In this document: one piece after another, positions 49,590 to 63,965 of the stretch
Position numbering within the stretch: the first letter of the stretch is position 1
How the letters are laid out: the number at the start of each line of letters is the position of its first letter
Assembly (NCBI RefSeq): GCF_006345805.1
Contig: NC_042997.1
Coordinates: 101,618,001 to 101,682,000, forward strand
Length of the DNA stretch: 64,000 nucleotides
Direction: 5' to 3'
Source of the DNA: Octopus sinensis
Taxonomy: Eukaryota
Made by a program: the position numbers and the translations under genes
The notes under the pieces: model-generated
The model's database searches: none
The model's input: the letters and a program-made list of their open reading frames with translations, nothing else
What the model was told of the DNA's origin: nothing

Positions 49590-49990
49590 AGGTATGGTTG
49601 CGTAGTAAGAAAGTTTCTTCCTGACCACCTGGTTCTGGATTTGGTCCCACTATGTGGCATGGTGGGGTAGTATCTTTTACTATTATCTCATGCCAACCAA
49701 AGCCTTGTGAGTGGATTTGGTTGATGGAAACTAAAAGAAGCACTTCATATATATGTGTGTGTGTATAAATGTGTGTATGTTGTATATGTATGTATGTATA
49801 TATGCATGTGTGTGTTTTTGTGTTTGTTTCATACCACTGTTTAAGAACTGGTATTACTGTGTAAATTTGTAGTTTGGTAAAAGTGTATGATAGAATAAGT
49901 ATCAGGCTTAAAAGAGAAATAAGAACGAGTCAATTTGTTTGACTGAAATTTAATGGCCACAATTTAATGACTGAAACAAGTAAAAGATAG
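49590..49990 (+). mobile_element. SINE family B
   Basis: Head, core, GT tract and gactgaaacaagtaaaaga tail. Confidence 0.75.
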
Positions 49991-50432
49991 ATAAAAGTTA
50001 GGCACAGTGCCAAATGTCGCTTTCTATGCCCACTTGGCCCATGCCTTGCTGTATTGGTTGGATACATGCTGAACAGAAATCCACAGGGTCAACTGTACTT
50101 GTAATTCAGTTATGTTTCAATAAGATTTCCATTATGCATGTACTTTTCTATTGAATCCTTAGCTGCTTACAAGCTAATTGAAGGAGCCTGTAATTCAGCT
50201 ACCTAATCAACTGAATCCTCATTGGTACGATAGAGAGAGAGAGAGAGAGAGTGTGTGAGTGTGTGTGTGTGTGTGTGTGTGCACGCGCTTGTGTGTGTGT
50301 GAGTGTCAGGGTGTATGTGCATCCGTTTGTGTATGTGTGTGTGCATATGTATCCATGCTCATAAATGTGTGTGTATGTATATATGTGTAAATATATGTTT
50401 TATATATATATATATATATATGTATTTATATA

Positions 50433-50479
<47 letters not shown>

Positions 50480-50684
50480 ACATGCATATATTTATATATA
50501 TACACACACACACGCACACATACATATCAAAAGTAAGTAGAGTTAGCGATTGAAATAGCCATCTAAGGGATAAGAATATCCATTATTACTTCCGGTATAA
50601 ATTACCTATGTTAACCCTGGACATGGATATGCAAGCATACTATACTCATAGGATACAGACTAAAACTTTTCTCCATTTTCTGAT

Positions 50685-50724
<40 letters not shown>

Positions 50725-50800
50725 TTATGGAAGGAATTAGAAATCAGCAACAACCTATGAATGAGTCTTTTGTTTACAAATATCGTGCTACACATACCTA

Positions 50801-50839
<39 letters not shown>

Positions 50840-52419
50840 TGTGTGTGTGTGCGTGTGTGTGTGTGTGTGTATGTGTGTGTAGTAATAATAAAAATGACTT
50901 GTGGATGGAAATTTTTATACTTATTAATGTATTGGGATATACATTTCTGCATATGACATGTTCATTTGTGAGGATATTCTCACATTCATAAGATATCATT
51001 AAATATCATTTATAATATCTTGAGCATGCCTTTATTTCATGGGTAAGCTTCACAGATGTGAAAATATCTTCACAAATGCCTATGTGGTATGTAGAAAAGT
51101 ATCCATTCACAAGTCATTTTTGTTTTAACTATGTTTATCATATTGTTTTAACTATATATTTGTAAGGAGTTTCAAATATATAACCATCCCACAGGCTTAC
51201 TCTGGAAGACGGGAATAACAGGCAATAGCTGACAAGAAGAAGCATAGGAGCTTTATGCAAAGATACATAAATATTCATTTATGAATATATGTGTGTGTGT
51301 GTGTTCATTTTCTTAATAACAGAATGAATTAACTCAACATTACTTAAAGTTTCATGTCCAAAGACATACTCATCTCAGATGTTCTGAGTCAGAGAGGAGA
51401 GAATTTAAAAGAAATTCAAAATAGCTTCTAGATATTTAGGTCTCCATTGATCAGTTCAGGTCACACAGTTGTTTACACTATCAAAGCAACACCTGTTGTT
51501 TTTTTTTTTTTTTTTTTTTATTTTTAGGTCCATGTGTTGTGGACTGGTTGTTTGTGTCATGTCATGTTGTAGGGAAATCTGTAGTATGGTATAATCAGCA
51601 ACACCAGTTCCTTGCATTTGGTACTGTACATGGTTAGAAAGGCATGTTGGTACCAGTTAGTCAATTAGACATCAATCTGAGAAGCATGAGTAGATTAGTG
51701 ATAACAGTTATCATATAGGTAGTAACTGATGCAATGGTGTCATTTTACAAGTGAGGTTTCATGAATGATATGAGTAAGCTGTAGTCTTTACTAGCAGCAG
51801 GAAAATATTTACTCTGCACTTTTATGTACCTCAGTCAGACTTAAGACTGTATATCTGGGAAGAGATAAGGGGTAGGAAGTGGGGAAAGTCATGGATTAAC
51901 AGGAAGAGGGAGAGAGAGGGACAAAGTATAAGGGTTGGCCGAGTAGTAATGGGGTGGGGAGTGTAGGGGGTTCACTGCTCTTCCACGTTGACCAGGTAAA
52001 TAAAGGCAGAACACGAAGAAGAGAGAGCGTGAGATAGAGAAAGAGATAAGGGTGATGAGGATCTGGAAAGGCTGAGGGGAGAGAGTCATTACAATTTAAG
52101 AGTGGAGAAGAGTGGGGAGAGAGAGGGAGTGAAGAGTGTTGAGATAGCAGAGGATGGTGAGAAAGAGGGAGGTTGAGAGGTAGAGATGAAACTATGAGGA
52201 GAGAAAGAATAAGCAGATGAGAAAACCAAAGCGTAAATGCAGCAACAGTAATGAAAGAAATGAGACTGGAGGGAACTGCAGAGGTGGGGGGTAGCTGAAG
52301 ATTAACGCAGTAAAAGCATCCCAAGAGAAAGGAAGGTAGGGAGGGAACAACACATTTATGAATCAAGAGCATCACTGCCACTCCCTGTGTTAACATTATC
52401 TCTGCCATGTTTACCTGAA

Positions 52420-52640
52420 ACAGTGAGTTTTTTTTTTCTCCAGCACAATATGTTGTTAATTGTTACCGTCACTTGTCTTTTCATATGCAAGCTTCAGCAT
52501 ATTCAGATCAGTTTTCAACTTGTCCTATGTCTTCCTTTTTCTTCTACAGGCCACATCAACGTCAAACACTGAGCATTTTTTTATACAGATGTCACTGTCC
52601 ATATGTATCACATGTCCATACCATCACAGTTGACTTTCTT
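52420..52640 (-). mobile_element. Decayed RTE 3' coding end
   Basis: GHVIHMDSDICIKKC..KRKT*DK..KTDLNMLKL. Confidence 0.55.
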
Positions 52641-52724
52641 GCAAACTACATTTAACTCATATTTCGTTTTTAGATTTGGTTTGCAAGATTCTTTATTTGA
52701 GTTCATGTGTTGAAGCATATTCTG

Positions 52725-52900
52725 TTGTGTCTGGGGAGAGTCATTTTCTTTTTGTGCCTTATAATGTAACACACTATTGAAAAGGTTGCAAGACGCAACG
52801 AAAATTTTAGGAAAATAAAAATAAGAAATAAGTGGAAATTTTACCGGTGAGTGTCATACATTATAAGGCACAAAAAGAAAATGACTCTCCCCAGACACAA
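52725..52900. repeat. Inverted-repeat cassette (perfect 44-bp arms) with a hammerhead-like fold in the spacer
   Basis: ttgtgtctggggagagtcattttctttttgtgccttataatgta at 52725-52768 and its exact reverse complement at 52857-52900. Confidence 0.9.
52774..52810 (+). ncRNA. Candidate minimal type-I hammerhead ribozyme, U3-A8 variant
   Basis: cta TTGAAAA g gttgc aagac gcaac GAA aatt t tag: 3-bp stem I, 5-bp stem II, palindromic AAUU stem III. Confidence 0.5.
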
Positions 52901-53141
52901 TACGTTTGACTCCTCTTATAAAATGTATTTTGTTCAGGTCATCTGTACTGTTGTCATTCATATACACTGACATTATGTATCTATCAAAGCAAGCTCACTT
53001 AATTTCTTTCTAGCCTCCAAAAAGTTTCTGCATTCAAAGCCCAGGTCACACTACTATATATATGTTTATATTTATGTGTGTGAGTATTTATATGTGTGTT
53101 GATATAGATATTCATACACATATATGTATATGCACATTTAT

Positions 53142-53190
<49 letters not shown>

Positions 53191-53223
53191 ATATATATAT
53201 ATATGTATATAATATATATATAT

Positions 53224-53346
<123 letters not shown>

Positions 53347-53559
53347 ATGTACACACACACACACACATACACACCTAGATTTATATTTCATTTATCATTA
53401 TTTCCTTTTTACTGCTAACATCACATTAAAATTTTAATGCTGATTTTTTTCCAAGCTGAAAAATGAGTTGTACCTGCAATGCAGCATCCTTGTCCAATGT
53501 TCTCAGATTTAATATAAGCATATGTCACAAATTTTAGTTATTCTCTTAATATATATTAC

Positions 53560-54100
53560 ATGTGTCATCTAGGAAAGGTCATCCCGTTTCATTTGCCCAT
53601 ATAACAATCTGTCTTGTCCTAATTCCACAGAATACTTTTCAGCTGGTTACATTTCATATGTAATGAACTATACTCAGTTATTTTCCTATTACTACAGTCC
53701 TTTACATTAACTTCCTCCATTTACTACCATACAGTATCAAATTTCTTGCTCATAACTGCCTTTTCTAAAGAGGCAATACCTTTAGCTAGAAAGGGTAGCA
53801 ATCCATCAAACCTTGTGCCATCTACTTACCCTCTAGTTGTTGTACTGTCTCCAGCTTTGTTTCCAACATTAAGTATGTCAACAAATTAACAGATTAAATT
53901 TGCTGTTACTCTGAGCATTCCATGGTCTCTGGCCTATGGCTTATGCTATTAACTAATCTAATTTATTTGGTACACATTGTGTTTTTGCTTTGCTGTTTGT
54001 CTTCCTGAAATTTTGCAATAATGTTTGTGCACATATCATTAGTACCAATTCAAAAATATCAAATTCCTGCCTACATTTTGCCTTCATACAAAGTAGTACC
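53560..54100 (-). mobile_element. Heavily decayed RTE-like RT C-terminal region
   Basis: Residual GDSTTTR..RFDGLLPFLAKG resembles the RTE ARI..W..F.EL.P.L motif. Confidence 0.35.
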
Positions 54101-54914
54101 ATTTTGTGGTATCTGCTACTTATTAGCATCTGCCTTAGACATGTTCACCAACTAGACTTTAGTCTCAAAACCACATTTTTACAGTTCAAACTCTTTTCAC
54201 AGTTCTAATTCTATTGTGAAAAGCAAAAAAAATCTAGTACACTGAAGTGTTCATTATTATACAGTTATTTGTGATGAACTTAAGGACTAGAATGAGGGGG
54301 AAAAAATTGCAAGTAAAAGCAGAGTCTTTTTGAAAACGCATTTGTACATGAAATTCCTTACTAAGTTCACTGCCAAATTCTACCCTATATTTTACTTCTG
54401 ATACATGGCGCCTGTCATCTGATATGACATGAGCTATTCATTATAGATATCATTAGATATTCATCTTACTAGTTTTCTGCTATGAAAGAGCAGAGGATCT
54501 TGCTAAAATCTAGTTCATTTTATGCAAGAACCTTAGCAGTAGTTGCCTCATTAGCACTAGAGTTTCTGTAGGTTAACATCTAACCTAATGGAATTCTCTA
54601 CAAACTGATTCTATCCTTTTGTTTTATACCATTTTTTTTCCATCTTCATTATTTAGTAAACTTATAATTTCTCCTTTTTCATTTCAATTTCATCTGTAAC
54701 CTTATCATAGCTGCCACTGATCAAGGATAACAATTTCGTGCACAATGTGATTTGCTCAGTAATTTACTAATGTCATATCCTGATGTTTTCAGTATTGCAG
54801 CAGCTTTTCTGTTTGCTTGTCCTAAATTCCTTTTACCCCACACTTTATGGTTGGTCTCTACAGCAGACCATTTCTGCATGTATATGCACATTCCCAAAAA
54901 AAATATATATATAT

Positions 54915-55280
54915 AATAGGTGCAGGCATGGGTGTATGGTAAGAAGCTTGCTTCCCAACCACTTGGTTCTGGGTTCAGTCCCACTGCATGGCATCTTGGG
55001 CAAGTGTCTTTTATTATAGCCTTGGGCCAACTAAAGCCTTGTGAAGACAGAAACTAAAAGAAGCGCGTTGTATATATATTTATATATATAAATATAAATA
55101 TACATATGTACATGCTTGTGTGTCTGTGTTTGTCACCACACGATTGCTTGACAACCGATGTTGGTGTGTTTACATAACTTAGTGGTTCGGCAAAAGCGAC
55201 TGATAGAATAAGTGCTAGGCTTACAGAGAATAAGTCCTGGCCACAACCAAATGACTGAAACAAATAAAAGAATAAAAGAA
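54915..55280 (+). mobile_element. SINE family B
   Basis: Full head ggtgcaggcatgggtgtatggtaagaagc and tail gactgaaacaaataaaaga. Confidence 0.8.
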
Positions 55281-55369
55281 TATATGTGTGTGCATGTGTG
55301 TATATAAATACATATATACATACACTTATATAATTAAATACACACACACATACATACATACATACATAT

Positions 55370-55410
<41 letters not shown>

Positions 55411-55460
55411 TATACATATATATATATACATATTATATACATATATATACATATATATAC

Positions 55461-55526
<66 letters not shown>

Positions 55527-55567
55527 TGTATGTATGTATGTATGTATGTATGTATGTATGCACATAT

Positions 55568-55913
55568 ATATTATTGTATTTTGGGATGATCATTTTTTTG
55601 TTTTTTGTTTTTTTTGCTAAATAAACATGCACAATTTATATTTGTTCTTCACTCATTTATTACTCATCTTACTTTTTTTATTGTAACTTATGTCCATTGT
55701 CCAGAAACCTTTTGTCACACATCTGTGACGTCTCCATGGACACTTTTCATTTTCATGTGTGTTCTTGCTCCGCTTACTCCATTCTGTTTTTCTAAGGACA
55801 CAAGTTGAAATAAAGAAAAAATAAGAACAGCAATAAACAAGTGACAAACAAATATATAGTGCGTGTGTGTTTATTTGGCAGAAAAAAAAGACCATCCCAA
55901 AATACAATAATAT
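55568..55913. repeat. Diverged foldback cassette (~125-bp arms, ~100-bp spacer) with a decayed hammerhead-like fold
   Basis: atattattgtattttgggatg... mirrored by ...catcccaaaatacaataatat. Confidence 0.7.
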
Positions 55914-55971
55914 CTGTTTCAACACAGTTTCACATGAGGAATCTTGCAGCAAATTGATAAACACACACACA

Positions 55972-56012
<41 letters not shown>

Positions 56013-56100
56013 CATAAATACATACATACATACATACATGCATACATACATACATACATAAATACATACATAAATACACACACCTACATACATATATGTG

Positions 56101-56132
<32 letters not shown>

Positions 56133-58138
56133 TGTATGTAGTCAGATGCATATAATATGATTTACTTGTCAATACCTTAATTTTATATACAGTTTAATTT
56201 CTTTCTCTTCTGGTCTATTTATAATTGCTTTACCTTACAATTTACAGGCACAATATATAAATTATAGAAATAATTGTTCACATCTAAAAATTCAAAGTCT
56301 TTCATACAAGATAAATTCTTTCGAAATATAAAAAAAAAATTTTATCTGAATTTTCTTAAGAGATTTTAGTTTATTTCTCATGCTTCTACTACTTTTGAAG
56401 CATGCCAACAATTCCTGTACTTAAGCCAAATATCAATAAAATACCTACTGTAATTATTGGCCTATTTCTTTACAAAAATGAATGTTATTACGCATAGCCA
56501 ACACTTTATTAAGTATTTCAAATACTATTTAATAAACAATAAACTGTAATGCATCAAACAGCATAAGGCAAGCAAAATAAAATGAAAAATGTTTCACATC
56601 AATAAAATCTACTTAGATTTCATATTATCTTTCTTTCCTTAATAATTTTTTATCTCCTATATGGCAAAATTTTACTTGTATCCCTTTGCAGCTAAAAGTT
56701 CATTTTCTTAAGAGAATTTTGCACTCAATCATCTGCAGATAAAATCTTTATTTAGTCTAAATAACAGTTTCCTTACTTCATCTGACTGTTACCCAAATTC
56801 CAAATGGTTTACCATTAATCTAATGGCATGTCTATCGTTTTCACCTTCAATACTGATTCTCAAGAACCTTGTTAATTACGATCAAGTCTTTTGTTTTTAT
56901 TTTTGTTTTTTGTTCAGAGCAATGCCATAATTATACTTGCCAAGCTTTCAAAGTACTCTTGCCTTGAACACTTTAAATGAAATGCATGTTTGTAACATTG
57001 TTTAGACATGCATTTTTGCTGGAAACTATTCAAGGAAATTGTCTCCTGTTGAGGACCAGAAATTTAGCCAATGCTGTTTCCATAGAATACCATTTGTTTA
57101 AAGAGTGCTTGTAAATTGATTAACTATAGAAACAGGATACAAACACCCATTTATGGTTATATTAGAAATTCCTGATCGTTCTAGGATTTCACATTAATAA
57201 TTTATAAAGCTTATATTGAAATAAAGCCATAAGTTATAAGACTTTATTAGTATCTTATTAACATTGAATATTAACATTCCCTGTCTGTAAGTAGTTAATA
57301 TTAACACCTTCTAAGAACTTATTTTCCCTTCTTTGGAACAATATATCTTTCTGTCTGGATAACATCACCCTTAAACTAAAGTTTATGAAAATTAAGGACA
57401 ACTTTTCATAAACTACTGTGCGTGCAAATACATTTTTATGTTTCTTTCATTGTCTAATTGCTTACATCACAACATAGTTTGTTTCTCATACTTTGGATTA
57501 TTCCCTTACTGTTTAGATATTTTAATTTCCCTTTAATATCATCTGTATGAATACTAATCCTTCTTTTTTTATTTTCCTTTTTTCATAAAATAATTATGGG
57601 TATTTTTCTACACAATCACTTATATCAGGGAGATTTCTTAATTCACATTGGTGCAGTTACTGAAATCCATATCAAACATAATTTACAACTGAGGGTTGGG
57701 AAAATAGTTTCTGGCCTTTATCTGAAGCAAAAATGTATCCTAAATTCAGTGAGATTAGAATGTTAAATTCTATGACTGCTGGAATCATTTTATATATAAA
57801 TATATTATTAATTATGTGGGAAATACTAAAATAATGCAAATATTTGGCATGGGGGTTATATGAAACTCAAATGATTTATTTTGAAATCTTTCAAAATATT
57901 TTTTATCGGGGGTATCATTGTTACTGTTTGAAACATAATATTTGTTGTTAATCCTCATTGCACTGTTAATATAATATTTCTCTTTAAACATGTTTCATTA
58001 TCATATTGAACATTTTGCTATTGATTTAAACAGTTTAAATTTGCATTTAAGGGTCTGTCACACATTTGTAATTCTTACCTTTTACATAATCCATGATTCA
58101 TTCATCACTGCAAAACATTGACAGTATTATTATTATTA

Positions 58139-58170
<32 letters not shown>

Positions 58171-58769
58171 CATTATTATTATTACACTTATTACAAAGTG
58201 GATTTGTAATATCCACTCAGACAATTGACAAATTAACCAAAACCTTTGATAACATTATATAATTACTTTTATTGTAGAATAGATATGAATATTAAATCTT
58301 TCAAAATTTAGATGAACCTATAGTTCCTTTAAATTTTGTGGGAAAAGCTTTTAGGAAGAATTCAAGGAATCTCATTATACACTGCATAGCATGAATGTGT
58401 CACCTTCATGAAATTCTATCTTCTCTTGCAGACAATCTAGGAAGGATTTGAACCTAGCATTGCAAAATAGCAAAACACTCATCAATTATGCAGTGTTCTT
58501 GATCCTTACAGTCTTCCCATGAAGTCTATCCAGGCTATCAACAGGATAGACTAGTTATTTGAGTATTGTCTTGGTTATTACACAACCAACACCAATGATA
58601 GGATACAAACTGTAGACCTTTAGGTCACCAGTCCCCAATACATCCTATCAACTCAGCCATCTGAAGCTGTCAATTATATTATGCTCATATTTAACCACAT
58701 ATAAGTATAGCTGCTTTACTTGCTCAAGGAACAAGTAATATAGTAGTAATTTTGTTTCTCTGAGTGAAT

Positions 58770-59097
58770 ATTGTATTATATATACATATATATATAATAT
58801 ATATATATATATTATATAATATATATATATATATATATATACATATACATATGTGTATATATATATATATATATACATACATATACATATGTATATATAT
58901 GTATACATATATATATATATACATATATATATGTATACATATATATATATATACATATATATACACATATACATATATAAATATATATATATGTATATAT
59001 ATAACATACACACACATATATATATATATATGTAATATATATATATGTAAATATATATATATGTAAATATATATATATGTAAATATATATATATATG

Positions 59098-59191
<94 letters not shown>

Positions 59192-59207
59192 CATGTGTGT
59201 GTGTGTG

Positions 59208-59253
<46 letters not shown>

Positions 59254-59255
59254 CA

Positions 59256-59292
<37 letters not shown>

Positions 59293-59330
59293 GCATAAAT
59301 ATACATATATGTATTTATATATGTATGTAT
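58770..59330. repeat. Long (TA)n-rich compound microsatellite
   Basis: Directly visible. Similar tracts at 20055-20315, 49085-49460, 53110-53372 and 55290-55565. Confidence 0.95.
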
Positions 59331-62074
59331 ATTGAAGGAAAAAGAGAGATTGTGTAAATTCCATGAGAAATTGTGTCATTTTCCATGGTCAGTATTTCCA
59401 GAAATCGAATCCAATTTCATAAGTGCTACATGTTCTGGTGATTTTGAGGGAAAAAAAAATGAAATCAGAAACCAAGCCGGCAGATTTGATTTCTTTTTTG
59501 TTCATTTATTCAAGGGTGAGGGAGGTTGTACTTGTTTTTGTTTTTGTTCTTATGGTTTGGGGAGTGGTTGTGAAAGGTCACAATAACATAATTAAACATT
59601 CTTCTAAATCACTTATTCATTCTTTAATTTCGTAATTTTACTATTGGCTTCCTCTGTGAACCATGTGGCTAGGCTTGAATGAATAAATAAAATAAATATT
59701 GGTTGTCTTCTTCGTTAACTATATATTAAAAAAATATCATTCAATGGTATAAGCTTTGACTAAAAGTGTTCCTATTATGCTTTTGAAAAAAACATTTTTC
59801 GACATTAAATTTTAATGTCTTTCAGTTTTCATTTATTTTAAAGTTTTGCTGGCAATGTCTTCGAAATTTTTTTATATGAAAGTTGACAATGAAAATAAAG
59901 GATCCAAGTTTGAAACTATACATCTGTTTTTTTTTCTCCCTATAATTTTTTAAAAAATAAAGACAAAACTGTGTAATTTTTATCAAGCTGCCAATATTAA
60001 AAAAAATCTTTTTCAGAAAATTATTTAGTTCATTGTTGTAGTTGCTGTTTTATTGTTTACCACTAAATTTGCCATGATCAAGCAAACTTATGATCAAAGG
60101 TATTTCAAGCATATCTGTCAGTTTTACAGGGTTTTTTTTGTCTTTTTAATTCAGAAATAGCATATCTAGGACTACCTTATCCAGTATGTCCTTCCAGTTT
60201 TAAGATGGCAGGATGTAAGTTGAGGGATATTTTACTGCTATCTCTTGTAGAGTGAGCAACATTTAGAGGCTCTGTAACTAGCTTGTGATCCTCCCTTACA
60301 ATGGCTGGAACAAATACAAGACTAATAAAAAAAGAAACAATCTATTAAAAAAAAAGAACAATGTAGAAAATCTTTCATTTTAATGCTATAGACATTTGCC
60401 TGATTCTACTAATTTTATTAAATAAGTTAATTGTCTTTGGTTTTTCTTCACAACTCCAACAGTTAAGTAAAAATATTAACAATTTCTAGAGTTGGCAGGG
60501 TTTAAGTCTGTATGTTCAATACCTGTAGTCAATAACCTTAATCCTTTACATTTCAATTATATCCAAAAATCTAAAAACAAGCTAACAATTAAAATGCTTA
60601 CCTTTTTAAGCTGTCATAAGAAGAATGGAATCAAAGAACAATTTTAAATTAGTTTTTAGAATGCTAACCTAATCTAAAGCATTTAATGTATCATATAGAT
60701 CAATAGTATTGAAAAACTGTTTGGAGAATTTGGGGCATCTTACATTTTTACATGATACCAACTCACCCCATGACCACCTTTTGTTCTGTTGTATAAACTT
60801 CTTGTATTAAAGTGATCTAAATTGAAATGTCCTATTAAAATTTCGGGTTGATATATGTTTTAAACATCAGCTTAATAATAGCAAAGTTATTTTATTATAT
60901 TCTTCATTATTTCTGATGTATTTTAACAGAAATGTAATAGCAAAATTTTTTAAAATGAACTAAAAAAACTGGCAAGCTGATGATAAAACTAGCAGAATAT
61001 AATTACTTGAATGCTTGGATTGGTTCTAAGTTACAAACTGATGGCAATGTTATTTCATTAATTTTTAAATATTTTAAGTATATGCTTAAAAGAAGTAGAA
61101 AATTTATACAGAAATCCACTCTATATATTTTAAAAGAAAATTTTACTCAACAGTTTAAACAGGATAAAACAGTAATGCACATTAAATTAATAGGGATATA
61201 ATTATTGCTATAATAAGCTTAACCATCCACTTTTAAAAATTAAAAATCCTATGAATGGCAGAGAATTATATGCTTGCTTATTTTCTGGCTTTGCTACTCA
61301 GCCGTAAAAAAAAAATAGAGCAATTATAAATTTAAGATTATAATTCCAAAATAGTAGAAAAAAAAAAGTATCTGTAATTTCTAAATTGTTGGTAATGATA
61401 AGAATATCAAAATATAAAACAGTCTGAATCAAATTTATGACAATAAAACAACATGGAAATTCAAATGTGAAAATATTGATAAATATATTTCAGAAGTTAA
61501 TCAAGATGTTAAATAACTTAACATTTGAAAATATTTCTTTCTCACTCAGTTGATCTTTCACTCAAAATTAGGAGGTTTTTAACTATTAAGAATTAGAATA
61601 TCATTAGACAATTATTGAAATCAGAAAACTGTTTAAAGCAGCATTACTAAACTTGTATTTTATTGGCAAAAGTGTATTGGTTCCATGATGATTTGTTTTG
61701 ACCAATAAATTTTATTTTCAACAAAATTTGTAGTTGATTATTTTTTTTTCACTAGATGATTTGTCATTTTATTTAAGATATATTAATATTTAAGCCTTTT
61801 GATATTAAGCTTAAGTAGCTGAAGTATTTGTGGACATCAAGAGCACAAATTCAAGTCCTGTTTGCTGAACAAACATGATTTAATCATGTTTAGTGAACAT
61901 TTATGATTGGAATTGCAGATATTGAGAAGAATTTTCTCATTCATCAAAATCTTTTATGTGTGTAACTTTTGTATTAAATATATTCATAATTATATTTACT
62001 GTTTTGGAAAAAATACATTTAATGATGTTTCATTTATTGAAAATGAAAAGATATATGGTTTGTGAAACATATCC

Positions 62075-62644
62075 ATAAGTATGGCTACATGGCTGTTTGA
62101 ACCCAAGACTATATACATCTGTATGGCTGTATGTTGTCTTGGGTTCAGTTCCACTGCACAGCACTTTGGGCCAATGTCTTCTACGTAACTCCATGCTAGC
62201 CAAACCCTTTTGAGTTGATCTGATAGACTGAAACTAAAGAAATCTGTCATACGTGTGTGTGTGTGACCAGGTTTTGTGGTGTATACATCATATACATGGG
62301 CCCTTTTTGGTCATGAAAGACCATGGAATTGCACCTAGAAAGTTACCCTCCAAGGCACAAGTCCAGGTAAGGTTGTTTATGGAAGACCAGCAGTCACCCA
62401 TGCATAACAGCCTCCCCTCTCCATACCACCAATGTTATCCTTGGGAAAGGCAAAGTCTGATACAGCGCGGCATCAGCTGAGTGAACTGGAGCAATGTGAA
62501 ATAAAGTGTCTTGCTCAAGAACACAACATACAACCCAGTCTGGAAATCGAACTCATTAGATTGTGAGCTCGTTGCTCTAACCACTGAGCCATGCATCTTC
62601 ACATCATATACATACATACATATATGTGTATGTGTATATATGCG

Positions 62645-62740
<96 letters not shown>

Positions 62741-63395
62741 TCATCATCATCATCATCGCCGTTTAACGTCCGTTTTCCATGCTGGTATGGGTTGGACAGT
62801 TTGATTGAGGTTTGGAGAGCCAGCGGCTGCACCATGCTCCAATCTAGTCTGGCAATGTTTCTACAGCTGGATGCCCTTCCTGATCCCAACCACTCCGAGA
62901 GTGTAGTAGGTGCTTTTTATGAGCCACCAGCACATGAGCCAGTCAGGCGGGCCTGGCATCGGTCACATATATATGTATGTATGTATATATAACCAGATTC
63001 TGTGGCATATACATTCCCAATCTGGACATAATGCCGGTCCATTGCAGGATTACTAATTTTTGCCAGCTCATTTTTGCTCAGGAATACAATGCATCATCCA
63101 GTCCTGGAATTTAAACCACACTCTTATGATCATGTGACCACGAGTGCAACACACTAACTACTAAATTACACACCACTACATATATGTGTGTGTGTATATG
63201 TGTCTTAGTGTTTGTGCTCATTCCCCCACCACTATGTGGTCTACTGGTTATTGGTTTGTTTACATTCCCGTAACATAGCAGTTATAGAATAAATACCAGG
63301 CTTAAAAAGTAAGTACTGGGTTAGTTGTTTGACTAAACCCTTCAATGCAGTGCTCCAGTATGGCCACCGTTCAATGACTGAAAAAAGTAAATGAT
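62075..63395. mobile_element. Nested retroposon stack: SINE-B (+) split by SINE-A (-), an RTE tail (-) and a SINE head (-)
   Basis: SINE-B head 62075-62260 and tail 63180-63395 flank 62290-62600, 62738-62970 and 63000-63170. Confidence 0.65.
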
Positions 63396-63866
63396 AAAAA
63401 GGTAAAGTCAAGCATATTTACAAGGTTAGCATTCATTAAAGTGTTTGGCTTTAGTTAGCTCCCCTTAAGCTTCCCCTTTCTTTCAAAATCTAGTATTTAG
63501 ACATTTGTGAATGCCATTGGATAAGAGGCAAGTTTTAAACAACCTGCATCTATAAACCAGTTTCGGTTTCCAGTTGCAGTTCATTTACTTTATTTACATC
63601 TTTAGGCAAGGAATCATTAGAATCATTTTTACACCAGCTTTTCCAAGCTAGCATGGGTTGGACAAGGTATATTTAAGGCAGCATTCTACAGCTGGATGCC
63701 CTTCCTGAGGCCAACTTTTACTAATTTTTTTGAGAAAGGTTCTTTATTCCACAACTCCACAACATTGAACAATCAAACAACTGGATGTTTTATTTATACT
63801 TGGAATAAGTATGTCACCACATCCCAAACAGTGTCAATGTGAAAATCTGTGGAGATAAATACACGT

Positions 63867-63900
<34 letters not shown>

Positions 63901-63926
63901 CATCATCATCATCATCATCATCATCA

Positions 63927-63965
<39 letters not shown>

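Noticed and set aside
51860-52408. 170-aa minus-strand ORF over a purine-rich tract
   Set aside because: Low-complexity L/S/P composition from GA-rich DNA; possibly a decayed Penelope N-terminus, but no diagnostic motif.
58079-58107. Minus-strand 29-nt segment with good acceptor and gtaaga donor
   Set aside because: Stop codons in all three frames and no host gene evident.
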